Position numbers and translations under genes: made by a program. Under the pieces are notes generated by a model, which searched no databases, was not told the DNA's origin, and worked only from the letters and a program-made list of their open reading frames with translations. Below, piece after piece: positions 1-11,600 of a stretch of DNA of 64,000 bases (positions within the stretch are counted from its first letter, which is position 1; each line of letters starts with the position of its first letter). The DNA is taken from IMG/VR virus record IMGVR_UViG_3300042540_000565, positions 2,018 through 66,017 of that record. One strand, written 5' to 3'. The stretch comes from a virus. Lineage: Duplodnaviria > Caudoviricetes.

Positions 1-2
1 AA

Positions 3-44
3 TCCGTTGCGTCCATTAAAGATATAACCCAAGAACTTGAATAA
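3..44 (+). CDS. 3' end of an upstream ORF (SVASIKDITQELE*), truncated by the window edge
   Basis: Open frame from base 3 ends in TAA 42-44, overlapping the portal ATG (TAATG coupling). Confidence 0.45.
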   Translation, partial: SVASIKDITQELE

Positions 45-2284
45 TGAACTTTAATATAGTTGTAAACCCTGTCCGCCCAAATCAGCTTGATGAAGTCAAG
101 AATGAGGCGTATCATAATAAATTTGCTCGCTGGACGCTAAACGGGTTAAATGACTTATATCATAGAGAATTTATTTTAAAGTCTATGACCAACTGGTCCT
201 TCTATAAAGGAGGAGATGGTCAATGGATATTTGATGAAGATTTAGAAGGCTTTTTCCTTGACGAAAGCGGTGATGTCCGTAATCGTCTTAAGTGGACAAA
301 GAACTTAATCCGCCCTATGGTGGAACAATATGTAGGTAATGCTATTCGATTATCTTATAACGCAAGAGCTAAAACATTTGGAGACTTTGTTGTTAATCGA
401 AGAGAGAAAGAAATGTTAAGGCTTAAAGGCTTCCATAAACTTTCTAAGTTGATGCCGGATATGAAGGATATAATTTCTGACCGTGTTCCTATTCGCGAAA
501 CCGAAGAGGAGACTATGGAGGATTTCGACCTTATGTTTGACGATAACCTTACAGAGACGATTAACAACCTTCTTACATATATAGAGAAGGATATTGATAT
601 TGTCGAGATAAAAGTTCGTATTGCTAAATTTATGGCGATAAACGGAATCGGAATTTACAAGGGTTACGAGTCTAATATGAAATATTGTGGCGAAGCTATC
701 GACCCAATGTTCTTCTTTTTTGATCATACCGCAATAAAACCAGATTTATCAGACGCAGCTTACCAAGGTCAATGGTATTGGATGAACCCATCTTCTATTT
801 ATGAAAGGTTCCAGGATATCTCCGCTGAAGATAGAGAGTCAATAGAAAAATCTTCTGTTACCACATCAATTAATGCACAGTCATTAATCAACCAATATTA
901 TACATACGGAACTCCGGGTGGACGCATTCCTGTTTATGAAACATATTGGAGAGATACAGAACCACAAGAATACGGATACGTATTAGACGACTATGGTTAT
1001 GCTATGTTTGTTCGTATAAATACGGAAGAAAGCAAGTATAAAACCAAAGATGTTATTGATCCTCCTAAGAATGAAAAGACAGATAAGCTTTTCACTAAAG
1101 GCAAGAAGACAACTAAGATTTACGTAGACACATTAAGATATTGCATTTTTGTTCCTTCCGAACAAATTGGTGCAGCTAAAGATATTATTCTTGAGTGGGG
1201 AGAGTTGCCATATCAAGAAACAAACAGATATGATCCATCAAGCGTTCAGTATCCATTCAAGGTTTATACTTGGAACTATGACAAGGGACAAATTGTTACG
1301 CCATTAGATGACGCTATTAATCCTCAAAGATTAGTTAACCGTATGTATTCTGTTGCGGAGAGCCAAATTAATAATTCAGGCGTATCAGGAACAGCCATCG
1401 CTGCTGAGGCTATAAACCCTCGTGATGGAGAAGAAGGAACTAAGAGAGCTGTTAATACAGGAAAGCCTATCGTTTTAGAAACGGTTCGTACAGGATCAAT
1501 TCAAAATTCGATTGGACAATATTCAACCACACTTAATCCAAACGTCTTTACCTTATTCAATACCGCTAAAGAATTCCAAATGTCAATGGGAGACGTTACA
1601 GGTATCAACGAATCAATGATGGGTGCAGGAAGTAATGCTGATACCGCTGTTGGAGTTACCCAGGCTAATATTGGAAGAGGAAGTCTTATTCAGGAGCCAT
1701 TCTATTATGGAATAACAAAAGTTCTCGAACAAGCATATCAACACATGGCTACGGTAGGTAAGAAAATCTATTACGATTCCCCACGAAGAATGGCAATGAT
1801 TACCGGTGATGGAGGGTATGAGATTCTGACTGTCACTAAAGACCACATGTTAGAAGATTTCCGTATTGATGTTGAGAGAACAGAAAATATTGCTACACTT
1901 CGATCTAATGCTGATGCCTTAATTTGGACGCTATATCAAGCTCAATTAATAGATCCATATCGTTTCTCTATGTTACTTGGAAGAGCTACACCGGATCAGG
2001 TTACTAAATCTTTCCGTGAATATCAGACAGAGTTACTTGCTGCTAAAAACCAACAGGACAATATTAATCAGCAGAGAATGATTCAAGAGCAGGAACAAAT
2101 GGGCGCTATGCAACAACAACAAGCAGGGATGATGCAACAACAACAAGAGCTTGCTATTGCTCAAGACGAGAGAGATAAGGATCATGAATTACAAAATACA
2201 GCCCTAAAAGAAGAGAGTCAAACTGAGAGAACAATTATTGGCGCTGAATTAAATAATAGAAATAACTTGCAGAATAGGAAATAA
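44..2284 (+). CDS. Portal protein (crAss-like podovirus type)
   Basis: 746 aa, mostly helical; NLIRPMVEQYVG and DAINPQRLVNRMYS portal-type segments, Q-rich C-terminal barrel; directly precedes scaffold and capsid genes. Confidence 0.85.
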   Translation: MNFNIVVNPVRPNQLDEVKNEAYHNKFARWTLNGLNDLYHREFILKSMTNWSFYKGGDGQWIFDEDLEGFFLDESGDVRNRLKWTKNLIRPMVEQYVGNAIRLSYNARAKTFGDFVVNRREKEMLRLKGFHKLSKLMPDMKDIISDRVPIRETEEETMEDFDLMFDDNLTETINNLLTYIEKDIDIVEIKVRIAKFMAINGIGIYKGYESNMKYCGEAIDPMFFFFDHTAIKPDLSDAAYQGQWYWMNPSSIYERFQDISAEDRESIEKSSVTTSINAQSLINQYYTYGTPGGRIPVYETYWRDTEPQEYGYVLDDYGYAMFVRINTEESKYKTKDVIDPPKNEKTDKLFTKGKKTTKIYVDTLRYCIFVPSEQIGAAKDIILEWGELPYQETNRYDPSSVQYPFKVYTWNYDKGQIVTPLDDAINPQRLVNRMYSVAESQINNSGVSGTAIAAEAINPRDGEEGTKRAVNTGKPIVLETVRTGSIQNSIGQYSTTLNPNVFTLFNTAKEFQMSMGDVTGINESMMGAGSNADTAVGVTQANIGRGSLIQEPFYYGITKVLEQAYQHMATVGKKIYYDSPRRMAMITGDGGYEILTVTKDHMLEDFRIDVERTENIATLRSNADALIWTLYQAQLIDPYRFSMLLGRATPDQVTKSFREYQTELLAAKNQQDNINQQRMIQEQEQMGAMQQQQAGMMQQQQELAIAQDERDKDHELQNTALKEESQTERTIIGAELNNRNNLQNRK

Positions 2285-2290
2285 TTTCTT

Positions 2291-2298
2291 TAACTTTG
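2291..2298 (+). promoter_or_regulatory. Bacteroidota sigma70 -7 box (TAACTTTG)
   Basis: Matches TAnnTTTG in the 29-nt gap before the scaffold gene. Confidence 0.55.
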
Positions 2299-2313
2299 TG
2301 AAAACTAAACAAT

Positions 2314-3528
2314 ATGAGTGAATCATCTAAAGAAACCATTGAGGTTGAGGATTCTACCAATGTTGAAAATCAGGTACTTAGACAGGCAGAAGTAAGCCCT
2401 GTTGACCTTCAACAACAATGGGAGAACCTACAAGGTCTTACAATCTTACATCCTGGAGTTAAAGACTCTGATGAATATAAGGCGATTGAAGCCCGCATGA
2501 AAGATGCGGTTGACAGGTCAGCTAAAACTTCCACAAAGCAGTCTGCTAAAAAGGAAGAATATTCTGAAGACGAAGAGACAAAAGGAGAAGAAAAAGAGGG
2601 TAAGGCTACAAATCCATTTGGTTTAAAAACCAATAAACAAAATTCAAAACAGCCTAATCCGGCACTTGATAAAATAGATCAAGAAGCACTAAAGGAAGTT
2701 GTTAAGAGTTTTGGGGCGGAAGACCCAAATAAGTTCTTTGAAGAAATAATACCTAAGTGGAGGACAGACTCACAATCTCTGGCTAAAGTACAGGAAGATT
2801 ATGATGGTCTTAATGAAGAATTAGGAAAGCTACCGGACGATTTAAAGACAGCTCTTCTTGCTTATGCAAATGGGCATGATTGGAGAGAATCGGTTGCTGC
2901 TATTGGTTCAAGACCTGATTTTAATCAGGCTTATGAGAAGCTGGACAAACAGAATGTGGTAAAATTTTATTACCCTGACAAGTATAAGTCTTTGTTGCAA
3001 AAATTTGAAGATGGAGATTATGACGAGGAAGACCTCGAAGAAAGAATCGACATGTTGAGAGATGCTGCAAAGCCACTCTTTGAAAGGGATAAGGGGCAAT
3101 TTGAGAACAAGCGTGCCGACATCATGCGTAATGCAGAGGAATCTGAAAAGAACCTTCGCACTTCCGTATCCGGTTCCGTGGATGCCCTAAAAAAAGAATA
3201 CCCTGACTTCAGTAATGCCGAGATACAACGTATCCGTCAGTTCTTGGTCAAAGGTAATGTTGAAGACCTTTTAAAGGAAAAGAATGGAGCCTATAAAGAG
3301 AATGCTGCAAAATTTGTCGCATTTGCATTATACGGTGAAGATCTGGTTAAGGATTTGCTAAACCAAGCTGAGAACAGAGGAGAGTCAAAAGCTAATCTTG
3401 AAATTGTAGAGAGAGGCAAAAAGACAATTCAAAGTTCGAAAGCGATTGAGAATGCAGAAAAGCAAGCGACTAATGAAGCCGTTAGACACTTGTCTTATAT
3501 GCAGCAATCAAAAAACCCTTATGCTTAA
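2314..3528 (+). CDS. Probable capsid scaffolding protein
   Basis: 404 aa, acidic and coiled-coil rich, between portal and major capsid genes. Confidence 0.65.
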   Translation: MSESSKETIEVEDSTNVENQVLRQAEVSPVDLQQQWENLQGLTILHPGVKDSDEYKAIEARMKDAVDRSAKTSTKQSAKKEEYSEDEETKGEEKEGKATNPFGLKTNKQNSKQPNPALDKIDQEALKEVVKSFGAEDPNKFFEEIIPKWRTDSQSLAKVQEDYDGLNEELGKLPDDLKTALLAYANGHDWRESVAAIGSRPDFNQAYEKLDKQNVVKFYYPDKYKSLLQKFEDGDYDEEDLEERIDMLRDAAKPLFERDKGQFENKRADIMRNAEESEKNLRTSVSGSVDALKKEYPDFSNAEIQRIRQFLVKGNVEDLLKEKNGAYKENAAKFVAFALYGEDLVKDLLNQAENRGESKANLEIVERGKKTIQSSKAIENAEKQATNEAVRHLSYMQQSKNPYA

Positions 3529-3559
3529 AAACTTTAAAAAAACAAAAAACAACTAAAAA

Positions 3560-4801
3560 ATGGCACTTTTCAACTTACCCAATGACGCGTTCAGTAACGT
3601 AAACCTGAACTCAATCGGATCCGATTATGCACAACAATTCGGACACGATATTTCGCTTTTAGTAGCGAAGCAAACAAGAGCTGCAATCTTTGATTCATCT
3701 CCTCAGCAATTTTATGATTTGGCATTAATGAATGCTAAGTCACCTAAGTCTTGGAATTCTGACGAATTCTTCTACAAAGAAATGGGATACCAACGTCAAC
3801 CGTTGACAGCTTCAAACACAGCTGTTGCTGTAACTTGGCCTACAACTCAAACTTTCCCAATCCAATCATTAACAAATATTGCAACTGACACAATCATTGC
3901 TTATCCTAATGGTTCACTTGGAAATGTTACTGCTATCAATACTGCAACCAGCGAAATTACTGTGACTCCAATGACCAACAGTACTCTTCCTGCAGTTGCT
4001 TTAGGTGATATCTTCGCTAACATCTCTTCTGTTGAAGCTGATGGTGTTGATGGATTCGCACAATATTTCCGCGCTGACACAATCGAGCGTAATGGTTATA
4101 TCCAATTGTTTTCAAAAGCTATCCACTACGGAGCTGTTGAATTGTACAAGTTACAAAAAGGTGCAGTTAACGCTGACTTCCTTTCAATGGAAAGCCAAAA
4201 TATGATGCGTCAACACAAAATCGATTTATCGAATGCTTTCTGGATGGGCCGTAAGGGAGAAATCACTACTGCTGCTGGAGATAGAGCTAAGATGACTGAT
4301 GGTGTTTTCACAATGATGCAGAATGCAGGTTCGCCAAACGCAACCACAACTTCTGCTACATTAGTTGACGCTTTCGAAGATATGGTATTATCTTCTGAGT
4401 ACGGAAACTATGGTGAAGTTCGCTTCGCTTATATGACTCCACGTATCGCAAACGAATTACGTAAGGCATATACTGACCAATTAATCCGTTACACTCCGGA
4501 GAACCAATCTATCGCTAAGTTACACCTTAACGAAATCCAACTTGGATCTTCTCGTATCGTTATCGTTCCTTTCCAAAGATTCCAGTCACAAGCTGACTTC
4601 TATCCTGGATTTGAAAACCGTATCGTTATCTTAGATCATAACACAATTGATACTTATGAAATGTGGGGAGCTATGTCTGGAACAACTCCTGACCGTTCAC
4701 AAGGTTTCGCTAAGTCATACAAAGATATGTGGGTAGCTTGTCAAATGGGTGTTGCAATGAACAACCCAATGTCATCTGCTTACATTGACTTGACTTTCTA
4801 A
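3560..4801 (+). CDS. Major capsid protein (HK97 fold, DUF5309/SU10-like)
   Basis: 413 aa with highly biased codon usage; RQHKIDLSNAFWMGRKG...KMTDGVF segment typical of this capsid family; followed by a hairpin. Confidence 0.85.
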   Translation: MALFNLPNDAFSNVNLNSIGSDYAQQFGHDISLLVAKQTRAAIFDSSPQQFYDLALMNAKSPKSWNSDEFFYKEMGYQRQPLTASNTAVAVTWPTTQTFPIQSLTNIATDTIIAYPNGSLGNVTAINTATSEITVTPMTNSTLPAVALGDIFANISSVEADGVDGFAQYFRADTIERNGYIQLFSKAIHYGAVELYKLQKGAVNADFLSMESQNMMRQHKIDLSNAFWMGRKGEITTAAGDRAKMTDGVFTMMQNAGSPNATTTSATLVDAFEDMVLSSEYGNYGEVRFAYMTPRIANELRKAYTDQLIRYTPENQSIAKLHLNEIQLGSSRIVIVPFQRFQSQADFYPGFENRIVILDHNTIDTYEMWGAMSGTTPDRSQGFAKSYKDMWVACQMGVAMNNPMSSAYIDLTF

Positions 4802-4823
4802 TATTCCTAATCAATACTTAAAT

Positions 4824-4848
4824 CCCTCCTCTCACGGGGAGGGCATTT
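4824..4848 (+). terminator. Hairpin after the capsid gene (weak terminator or mRNA stabiliser)
   Basis: CCCTCCTC-TCAC-GGGGAGGG stem followed by only a short T run. Confidence 0.5.
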
Positions 4849-4866
4849 AGGTTATAAATCATAAAA

Positions 4867-5625
4867 ATGGCAACACCAGTAAAAACCACCCAAGATAATA
4901 AGGGTGCTGAGGCAAAAGTAAGCCCTCAAGAAAATAAGGAAAAAGTATCAAATATTGATAATGAAATCCTTCAAAAAATTCTCGACAGTCAAAAGAAGAT
5001 GGAGGCAGAAAACGCTTCTCTTCGTGAAGAGATAAAAACAATAAAAGAAACCAAAAGTAAGTCGCCAGAACAACATTATTCAGAGTTAGACGAAGACACT
5101 CTTGATGATTATTTAGATGTTCCTGTTGCTTTTTTCGCCTACACATCTCAATGTTCTTTACATAGCTATAAATTAAAAGGCAAAATGCTTTTACCTCCTA
5201 ATGGCCCAATTCGTTTTGTCCCTTCTATCAGATACACATCTGGTACAGGATTCAACGCTAAGGTTCACGCTATATGTGAACACAAGAGCCAAAGCAAAAG
5301 AGAGGTAAAATACATGGAGGGTAGCCCTGATTTTGGTGTTAAGTTTTACAAAACTATCACCGAAGCTAAGAACTACAACCACGCCTATGCTGATATCTTG
5401 AGTAAAGAGTCTACTCGTGTTGCTCAGTTGAGTGACCAAATGGTTATAGCTGCAATTAAGGGTGATCCTCGATTGACTGTAAAAACCGATATTGCGGGTA
5501 TGCGAACAGAACTAATTCAACTAAGAGCAGACGACACAATGAAGTCCATAAAGGACAGAGAGAATCAAGATGCTAAAAAAATGCTTGAGGATCGAAATTT
5601 GTTGGAGACTGTGATGAAAGGATAA
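4867..5625 (+). CDS. Conserved virion-module protein of unknown function
   Basis: 252 aa with N-terminal coiled coil, between capsid and ring genes. Confidence 0.55.
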   Translation: MATPVKTTQDNKGAEAKVSPQENKEKVSNIDNEILQKILDSQKKMEAENASLREEIKTIKETKSKSPEQHYSELDEDTLDDYLDVPVAFFAYTSQCSLHSYKLKGKMLLPPNGPIRFVPSIRYTSGTGFNAKVHAICEHKSQSKREVKYMEGSPDFGVKFYKTITEAKNYNHAYADILSKESTRVAQLSDQMVIAAIKGDPRLTVKTDIAGMRTELIQLRADDTMKSIKDRENQDAKKMLEDRNLLETVMKG

Positions 5626-5661
5626 GTTATTAAAATCAACAGGGGTAACGTATAAATTTAT

Positions 5662-5669
5662 TATATTTG
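5662..5669 (+). promoter_or_regulatory. -7 box TATATTTG, 4 nt before the ATG
   Basis: TAnnTTTG match in the intergenic gap. Confidence 0.6.
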
Positions 5670-5673
5670 CCCT

Positions 5674-6435
5674 ATGCCTATCGATTCACAAGATATTGCC
5701 GATGCTATGAGAGCTGCGCTTGACGCAGAAGGAGCTGACTACTATAGTGATACTTTAGATATTATTCCAGCTATTAACGATTCAGTTCGTTGGCTGGAAT
5801 CTGTCGTTAATGCCACTATTGGACAGAAAAAACCAGGAGAAGAAATTTTCCGAGATCTATCTTATGCACATGTTTTCCGTACATCTAACTTTAGCCGACT
5901 AACATTAGCCGCCTTTCCATTCGAAGTATGGACGATAAATTCTGTAGAAGTAGAACCTGAAACATCTACCACCGGAGCCGCTGTTCCTGCTATGACGAAT
6001 GACAAGCAGAGTTATTACCGTCCCGACTTATTTCATGTTAGGGCAACGAAATACACAAAGAGACTTACTCAGGAAGAATGGACATATAACAGACAGAATC
6101 CATTTATGCCAGGATATGACGGAGTAGCTATATGCACAGGGGTACAAGAATACGCCTACTTAAATCCGGTTACTTACAATCCTGACAACACCGTTTCTAT
6201 TGCTTCTGAGATTGAGATTCGCCCTGTTGCAAACAAGGCATTGGTGACAGTTTTCTATTCAAAGAAACCAACTCCCGTAGTCGCTTTGGGAGACCCTATT
6301 GAGTTTCCTGCCACCGTATTTCAATTGATATTAGCCAAGTCGCTTGCTTACATCGCTTACAAACAAGGTGATGGAACTAACCTTTGGGGAGTTACTCAGG
6401 CAGACATTTCATTACTACTTAAAACAATTAACTAA
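5674..6435 (+). CDS. Tail ring/head-tail adaptor protein (crAss-like)
   Basis: 253 aa; N-terminal helix pair DIIPAINDSVRWL and C-terminal PIEFPATVFQLILAKSLAY typical of adaptor/ring proteins; position. Confidence 0.65.
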   Translation: MPIDSQDIADAMRAALDAEGADYYSDTLDIIPAINDSVRWLESVVNATIGQKKPGEEIFRDLSYAHVFRTSNFSRLTLAAFPFEVWTINSVEVEPETSTTGAAVPAMTNDKQSYYRPDLFHVRATKYTKRLTQEEWTYNRQNPFMPGYDGVAICTGVQEYAYLNPVTYNPDNTVSIASEIEIRPVANKALVTVFYSKKPTPVVALGDPIEFPATVFQLILAKSLAYIAYKQGDGTNLWGVTQADISLLLKTIN

Positions 6436-7169
6436 TGAGGGAGGTGTTTATATATTGTTTGATTGATCCGATTACAGGGCATGTAAGATATGTCGGAAAA
6501 ACTGTTGATTTATCAAGAAGATATAGATTACACATAAACCAAAAAGAAAATACATGGAAGGGTAAATGGATTCAGTCGCTTATAAAAAAAGATTTAAAAC
6601 CAAATCTTTTTGTTATTGATACTGTTAGTGATGAAGATTGGGAGTTTTGGGAACGGTTCTATATTTGCCTTTTTAAAACTTGGGGGTTTACATTAACTAA
6701 TTTGGATGAGGGCGGAAGAGCAACCAAATATAGAGCTAAAGAAACAATAGATAAATTAAGGAAAGCATCAACTGGTAAGCCAGGTTATTGGCTTGGAAAA
6801 AAAAGAGACCCAGAAATGGTGAAAAGAAGTGCAGATAAAATTAGAGGAAGAAAACAAGGTGAAGAAGAAAAGCAGAAAAGGATAAAAAGTTGTACAGGTA
6901 AAAAAAGAACTAAAGAGCAACGAAAGGCGATGTCCGATAGGTTAATGGGCAAAAAACTATCAGTGGCTCATAAAAAATCATTATCAGATGGTCACACAAG
7001 AAAATTGCCTGTCGAAATGTTCTCATTAGATGGAAAAAAGATTAAAACATTTAATTCCATAAAAGAGGCTTCTGATTATTTAGGCAAGGAACAAGCAACA
7101 TCTGGCATACTTAGGTGTGCGCGAGGAGAAAGAAAAACAGCGTTTAAATATAAATGGAAACTAATATAA
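6435..7169 (+). mobile_element. Free-standing GIY-YIG homing endonuclease with NUMOD3 repeats and C-terminal NUMOD1 HTH
   Basis: FIYCLIDP...RYVGKT...RRYRLH...E..YI...GFTLTNL nuclease motif; GKKRTKEQRKAMS-type repeats; KTFNSIKEASDYLG...ILRCARGERKTAFKYKW. Confidence 0.9.
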
Positions 7170-7173
7170 CTAT

Positions 7174-7896
7174 ATGACTTACAGAATAGTTGCGTACGAT
7201 TTATTAACATCTTTCAAGCGTGTGTTTGACGATGCTGATATTCGTATTACCCAAATAATTTGGTGGATTCAGGTAGTGGCCAATCGCCTCCGCGCTGAAC
7301 ATTATAACCTAAACAATACAGGTAGTTTTATTTCTACCTACTCTTCCGTTACGGTTCAGGTGGACAGTAAGGGTAGACCTTACATTGATCTTCCTGTACA
7401 GGTTCTTGATTTAATGAATGAGAAGGGTGTGGTTTATATTACATACAACGAGGAGACTTGTTGTTGTGATGGTCCGCCAATGGCTCAGGTATTTTTTCAA
7501 CCAACAAAAGTTTCAATGCTTAACAGATTATATGGTGATGAGTATGAAAAACCATCTCCTTCTAATCCGTATTTCTACAGGATAGGTCATCAAATGGATG
7601 GTGTAGATGTTAATCGATTATATTTATTGGGAACGGAATGTATTGTCGTTACAGACGTGGAGCTGGCTGTTATATCAGCCCTTGACCCATCACAGGTGTG
7701 CAGCTTGGATGACGAGATACCTCTTTCCCCTGAGCTTATAGGCATACTTCAAAAGGAGATCTTACAGCTTGGAAGATTTGTTATGATGGTTCCGTCTGAG
7801 CGTGTAAACGATGGTGACGATGACGCGAAAGCTTCAACAGCCGGTGTTCCTCAACAAATGGTTCAACAACAACAAGCACAACAAACTACTGAATAA
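7174..7896 (+). CDS. Tail ring protein (crAss-like)
   Basis: 240 aa; MTYRIVAYDLL...DDADIRITQIIWWIQVVANRLR start and DDEIPLSPELIGIL end resemble crAss-type ring proteins. Confidence 0.65.
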   Translation: MTYRIVAYDLLTSFKRVFDDADIRITQIIWWIQVVANRLRAEHYNLNNTGSFISTYSSVTVQVDSKGRPYIDLPVQVLDLMNEKGVVYITYNEETCCCDGPPMAQVFFQPTKVSMLNRLYGDEYEKPSPSNPYFYRIGHQMDGVDVNRLYLLGTECIVVTDVELAVISALDPSQVCSLDDEIPLSPELIGILQKEILQLGRFVMMVPSERVNDGDDDAKASTAGVPQQMVQQQQAQQTTE

Positions 7897-8675
7897 TGAA
7901 TAGTAACTCATTTGTATCCGTCAATCATATCCTTTCGGAGGTTACTGCTACCCTAAACGATAGGGAGTATCGTAACGGACTAAGCAAGGGATGGTATATT
8001 TCCCGTATTCAGGATGCTTTACAGGAATTAGCTTTTGATTCTTTTTACCAAAAGATTACTCGTGATTTTGATTTTCCTTCTGATGATTTAAAAATTGAGA
8101 TGCCGGCAAACGCATTTAACCTTCGTGAAATCTACGGATGGAATGGAAGCTGCTGCTCTCCTCAAACGTCTGCTATTATTTACCCTAAGCGATTATTCAA
8201 TAACAAGGGTGGTGACGGAAGAGGATATACCGCAAGAGTTAAAAAAACAGGAGAGTCTATTGGCAATGATCCATTTCAGCCTAACTATACAAATGATGGT
8301 AATTTCACTAATTACCCTGACGTAAAATTCTACTATAATATTCAGAATGGCGTAATCATGTTTAGCTCATCATGTGCGGGCTTCCAAAAGATACGATTAG
8401 TATATAATGGTATTGGTGTTGAAGATATCGGTGACTATCCATCTGTGCCTCGTTTTTTCGAGAGAGCTATCAATGATTATATTGCTGAAAGATATTATGC
8501 CGTTAAGCAAGGCGAAGACCCTCGTATGTGGGTTACAATGCACGATAGAGCATTGGCACAGCTTAATGATTACCGTGATGGGAACTGGCATAAATCTATT
8601 CGAAGAGTTAAGTTCATGGATACCGCTGAAAAGGAAGGGTACGAAGAATATTTCTCTAACCCACTTCATAAATAA
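7896..8675 (+). CDS. Tail ring protein (crAss-like)
   Basis: 259 aa; SFVSVNHILSEV start and PSVPRFFERAINDYI; directly before the muzzle gene. Confidence 0.65.
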   Translation: MNSNSFVSVNHILSEVTATLNDREYRNGLSKGWYISRIQDALQELAFDSFYQKITRDFDFPSDDLKIEMPANAFNLREIYGWNGSCCSPQTSAIIYPKRLFNNKGGDGRGYTARVKKTGESIGNDPFQPNYTNDGNFTNYPDVKFYYNIQNGVIMFSSSCAGFQKIRLVYNGIGVEDIGDYPSVPRFFERAINDYIAERYYAVKQGEDPRMWVTMHDRALAQLNDYRDGNWHKSIRRVKFMDTAEKEGYEEYFSNPLHK

Positions 8676-8677
8676 TT

Positions 8678-11600
8678 ATGCCTAAACAACAACATTGGAC
8701 ATACGATATCCGCACCTTAAATAATGGCGCTAATCGTGATTTAGAGGATGAGTTAGTATTCCTTGAAGATGGATCTTATATTGATGCTTGTAATTTTCGT
8801 GTTGTTTCAATGGGAGGGGATTATGCCGCTGCCAAAAAAATAAATGGAGAGGAATTGCTGTATCCGAATATCGATAACCGTTGTAACGGAGGTACGGGTG
8901 CAGCCCTTTCCGCCAATTATGAATGTATAGGAGCTGCAGAGATTAATGACCATATCATTGAATTTTGGGCAGACTCTGCAAGTGTTGAGCCTTCTTTAAT
9001 TAGAATAGATGGACAAATAGTTTTATATTCTGTAGATTTTCCTTTAACATATAATCACCTTCTTCAGATTGCAAAGAATGAATCTTGTATAGGTGGCGAA
9101 ATTTATATTACAGACGATAATGTTCCTCCGATGATTTTCAATATCGAGGACTTGATGGAAAAGTCTGCAATGATAAACAATGGTATTTGTAGTGAAAAAT
9201 ACTTTACTGAATTTAATCTGGCAGAACATCAACTGCAAGTTACTAATCCAATTGACCATCCTGTTTTTATAAAACTTACCTCTAACCAATCCGGATATAA
9301 CGCTGTGTTTGGAAGTGGTGGTTTGCCTGTGGGAACATATTCTTACCAAATAAGATATTCGACTACTGCGGGAGATAAAACCATTTGGAGCGTTCCAACA
9401 CCTCTTATTCCGGTTGTAAGTAGGCTTTCTGCGGGATGCTCCCCTACATTTCCTAATATGCAAACGCATGGTAAGGACCCGGACACAAGTTCTCCATCTC
9501 TCTACGGTATTCACCTTAAGTTTAGAGTGAATAACATAAATAATTTCGACTTCATGGAGATAAGGAGAAATAGCTTTAATGCTGGAGATCCTTTTGGTGT
9601 GTTGCCTGTTTCAGAACTTATAGGCTCTATAAATATTACTAATGGTTTAGTTGGTGTTTTTAATATTCTTGATAATGGTTCTCAGGCAGAGGAAAGTCTT
9701 TCTCCTGACGAGGCAGCTGAGTCTATGGGAGCTATTCAGAAAGCTAAGGCGATTAGATATTTCAATGGGAAATTATACTTAATGAATATTGAGTATGCTT
9801 CGAGAGATGTATCAAATGATATTACTTTTGTTGATGCAGGACCAACTTCAATGTTTCCTATCGTAGAAAAGATTTATAAGGCAGGATTAAAGGATGCGTG
9901 GAAATATACTTATAATCGTCCCTATATGGATGGCGAGAAGTATGGTTTTGCGGCTGTGCTTTATGATGACAACAATCAGTTTACATACGCTGTACCTATT
10001 ACTGACTTTGAGAATTTTCAGATGCCAGATAGAAGAGACGTTCCTTCTGCTGACACTATTAACCATAGTTACTTTGGAATGTCTGATGCTGCTCGTATTG
10101 ATGGTACTATAGGTGAGTCGCACGAGATATTTGATCTTGATAACGCTGTATCTAAGTCAGACGCATGTTCTTTTTTAAATATACTGAATACATCAGGATC
10201 AGGTAAATCATTTGGATTTGATGCTTATAATGTTTTTGAATTAGGATGTTCGCCATCCGGAGACGTAAGCACAAATTCTATTGGTTTTAAACCATTAACA
10301 CCGACATCTCAAAATGACTTTAGATGTGACGGAACAGACTATGTTGTAAATACATGGATATCTAATAACATGGGTCTTACGCGAAAAGAATATAACCCAC
10401 AAGGTTTTGCCCCTAACTACTATTCCGCAGGAATGGCATTAAAAGGATTAGAATCATATCCTGATTGGGCTAAGGCTTTTTCTATTGTTCGTACCGCTCC
10501 CGCAAAGCGTGTTGTCGCTCAAGGGATAGGATATTATTCTTTAACAGACGACCGAAGTAAAGATACAAATGAGTTTTGGTTTTATTCACCTGACACAGAT
10601 GCCGGAACATCACTTGAGCCAGGAATTGTAACTGATTTAATGGATAATCCACAAAATTATTCTGTTGAACTTGTATCTCCTCTTGGTTTTTTCACAGAGG
10701 TATATTCTTCAAATTTTGATTTAGTAAGAAATAGTGGAGTTGACTTAATAACATACGCAAGGATTATAAAAGAAAATGCTAATAATCCTCAAATGAATCC
10801 TGATGAAGATCCACTAAGAGGAATAACATCTGGTAACGATGCTTATACATGTTTTGGCGCGTGGAGAGCACCTATATCAGGCACGAATATTTTTCCAAAT
10901 GGAAATGCTACTGGACTTGTTGGTAAGACAATAATGTCAGTTTCAGATGTAACTGACAATAGGACGCAATATTTAAAGCTTCGATTAAGTTCAAATGTAT
11001 ACAATACACCTTCATCAATATTTACTAATGGAGATAATTCTTTTGTTAGAAAATGGCACGAGCCTCTTTATATCGTAAACATTGTTCGAAGGGTTGCTGA
11101 TATCGCGGATTCGAATATTCAAAACTATATCCATACAGGACACTACCAAAAAATTGAATCTTTGGTTGGTATTTCAGATGGATCAAACGGACAAGTTTTT
11201 GACTTAGTTGATGAGAGATGGGAAGATTGTATGCCTTCCATAAATGGAATGGTAACAAATCCTTATTCAGGACTATTTAGATTTGTGCATATAGACTATG
11301 GTGATGAAATTAAAAAAAGATGGATAAATTCTTCCAACCTAACCATAGCACAACTTACAAATATTTACGCTCAATTAACTGCTTCGGGTGTCGCAACAAT
11401 CATTGAACCTGTAACACTTGAGTCATTTCAAGTTTATGGTGTTTATAGCCAATCCCAAACAACAGATAGTACAGCTCCGGTTTACAGATTAAATTTCCAA
11501 CAATTAACCGCAACCGTAAGTAGTGTTTATTTTAATCCTCCGGCTACAAGTAAAATTTATGTTCTCTATGATAACCGAATTCCTGTAAGATTTTTTGGTG

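Noticed and set aside
6435-7169. Group I intron around the GIY-YIG gene
   Set aside because: The flanking genes are complete, and the gaps are 0-4 nt.
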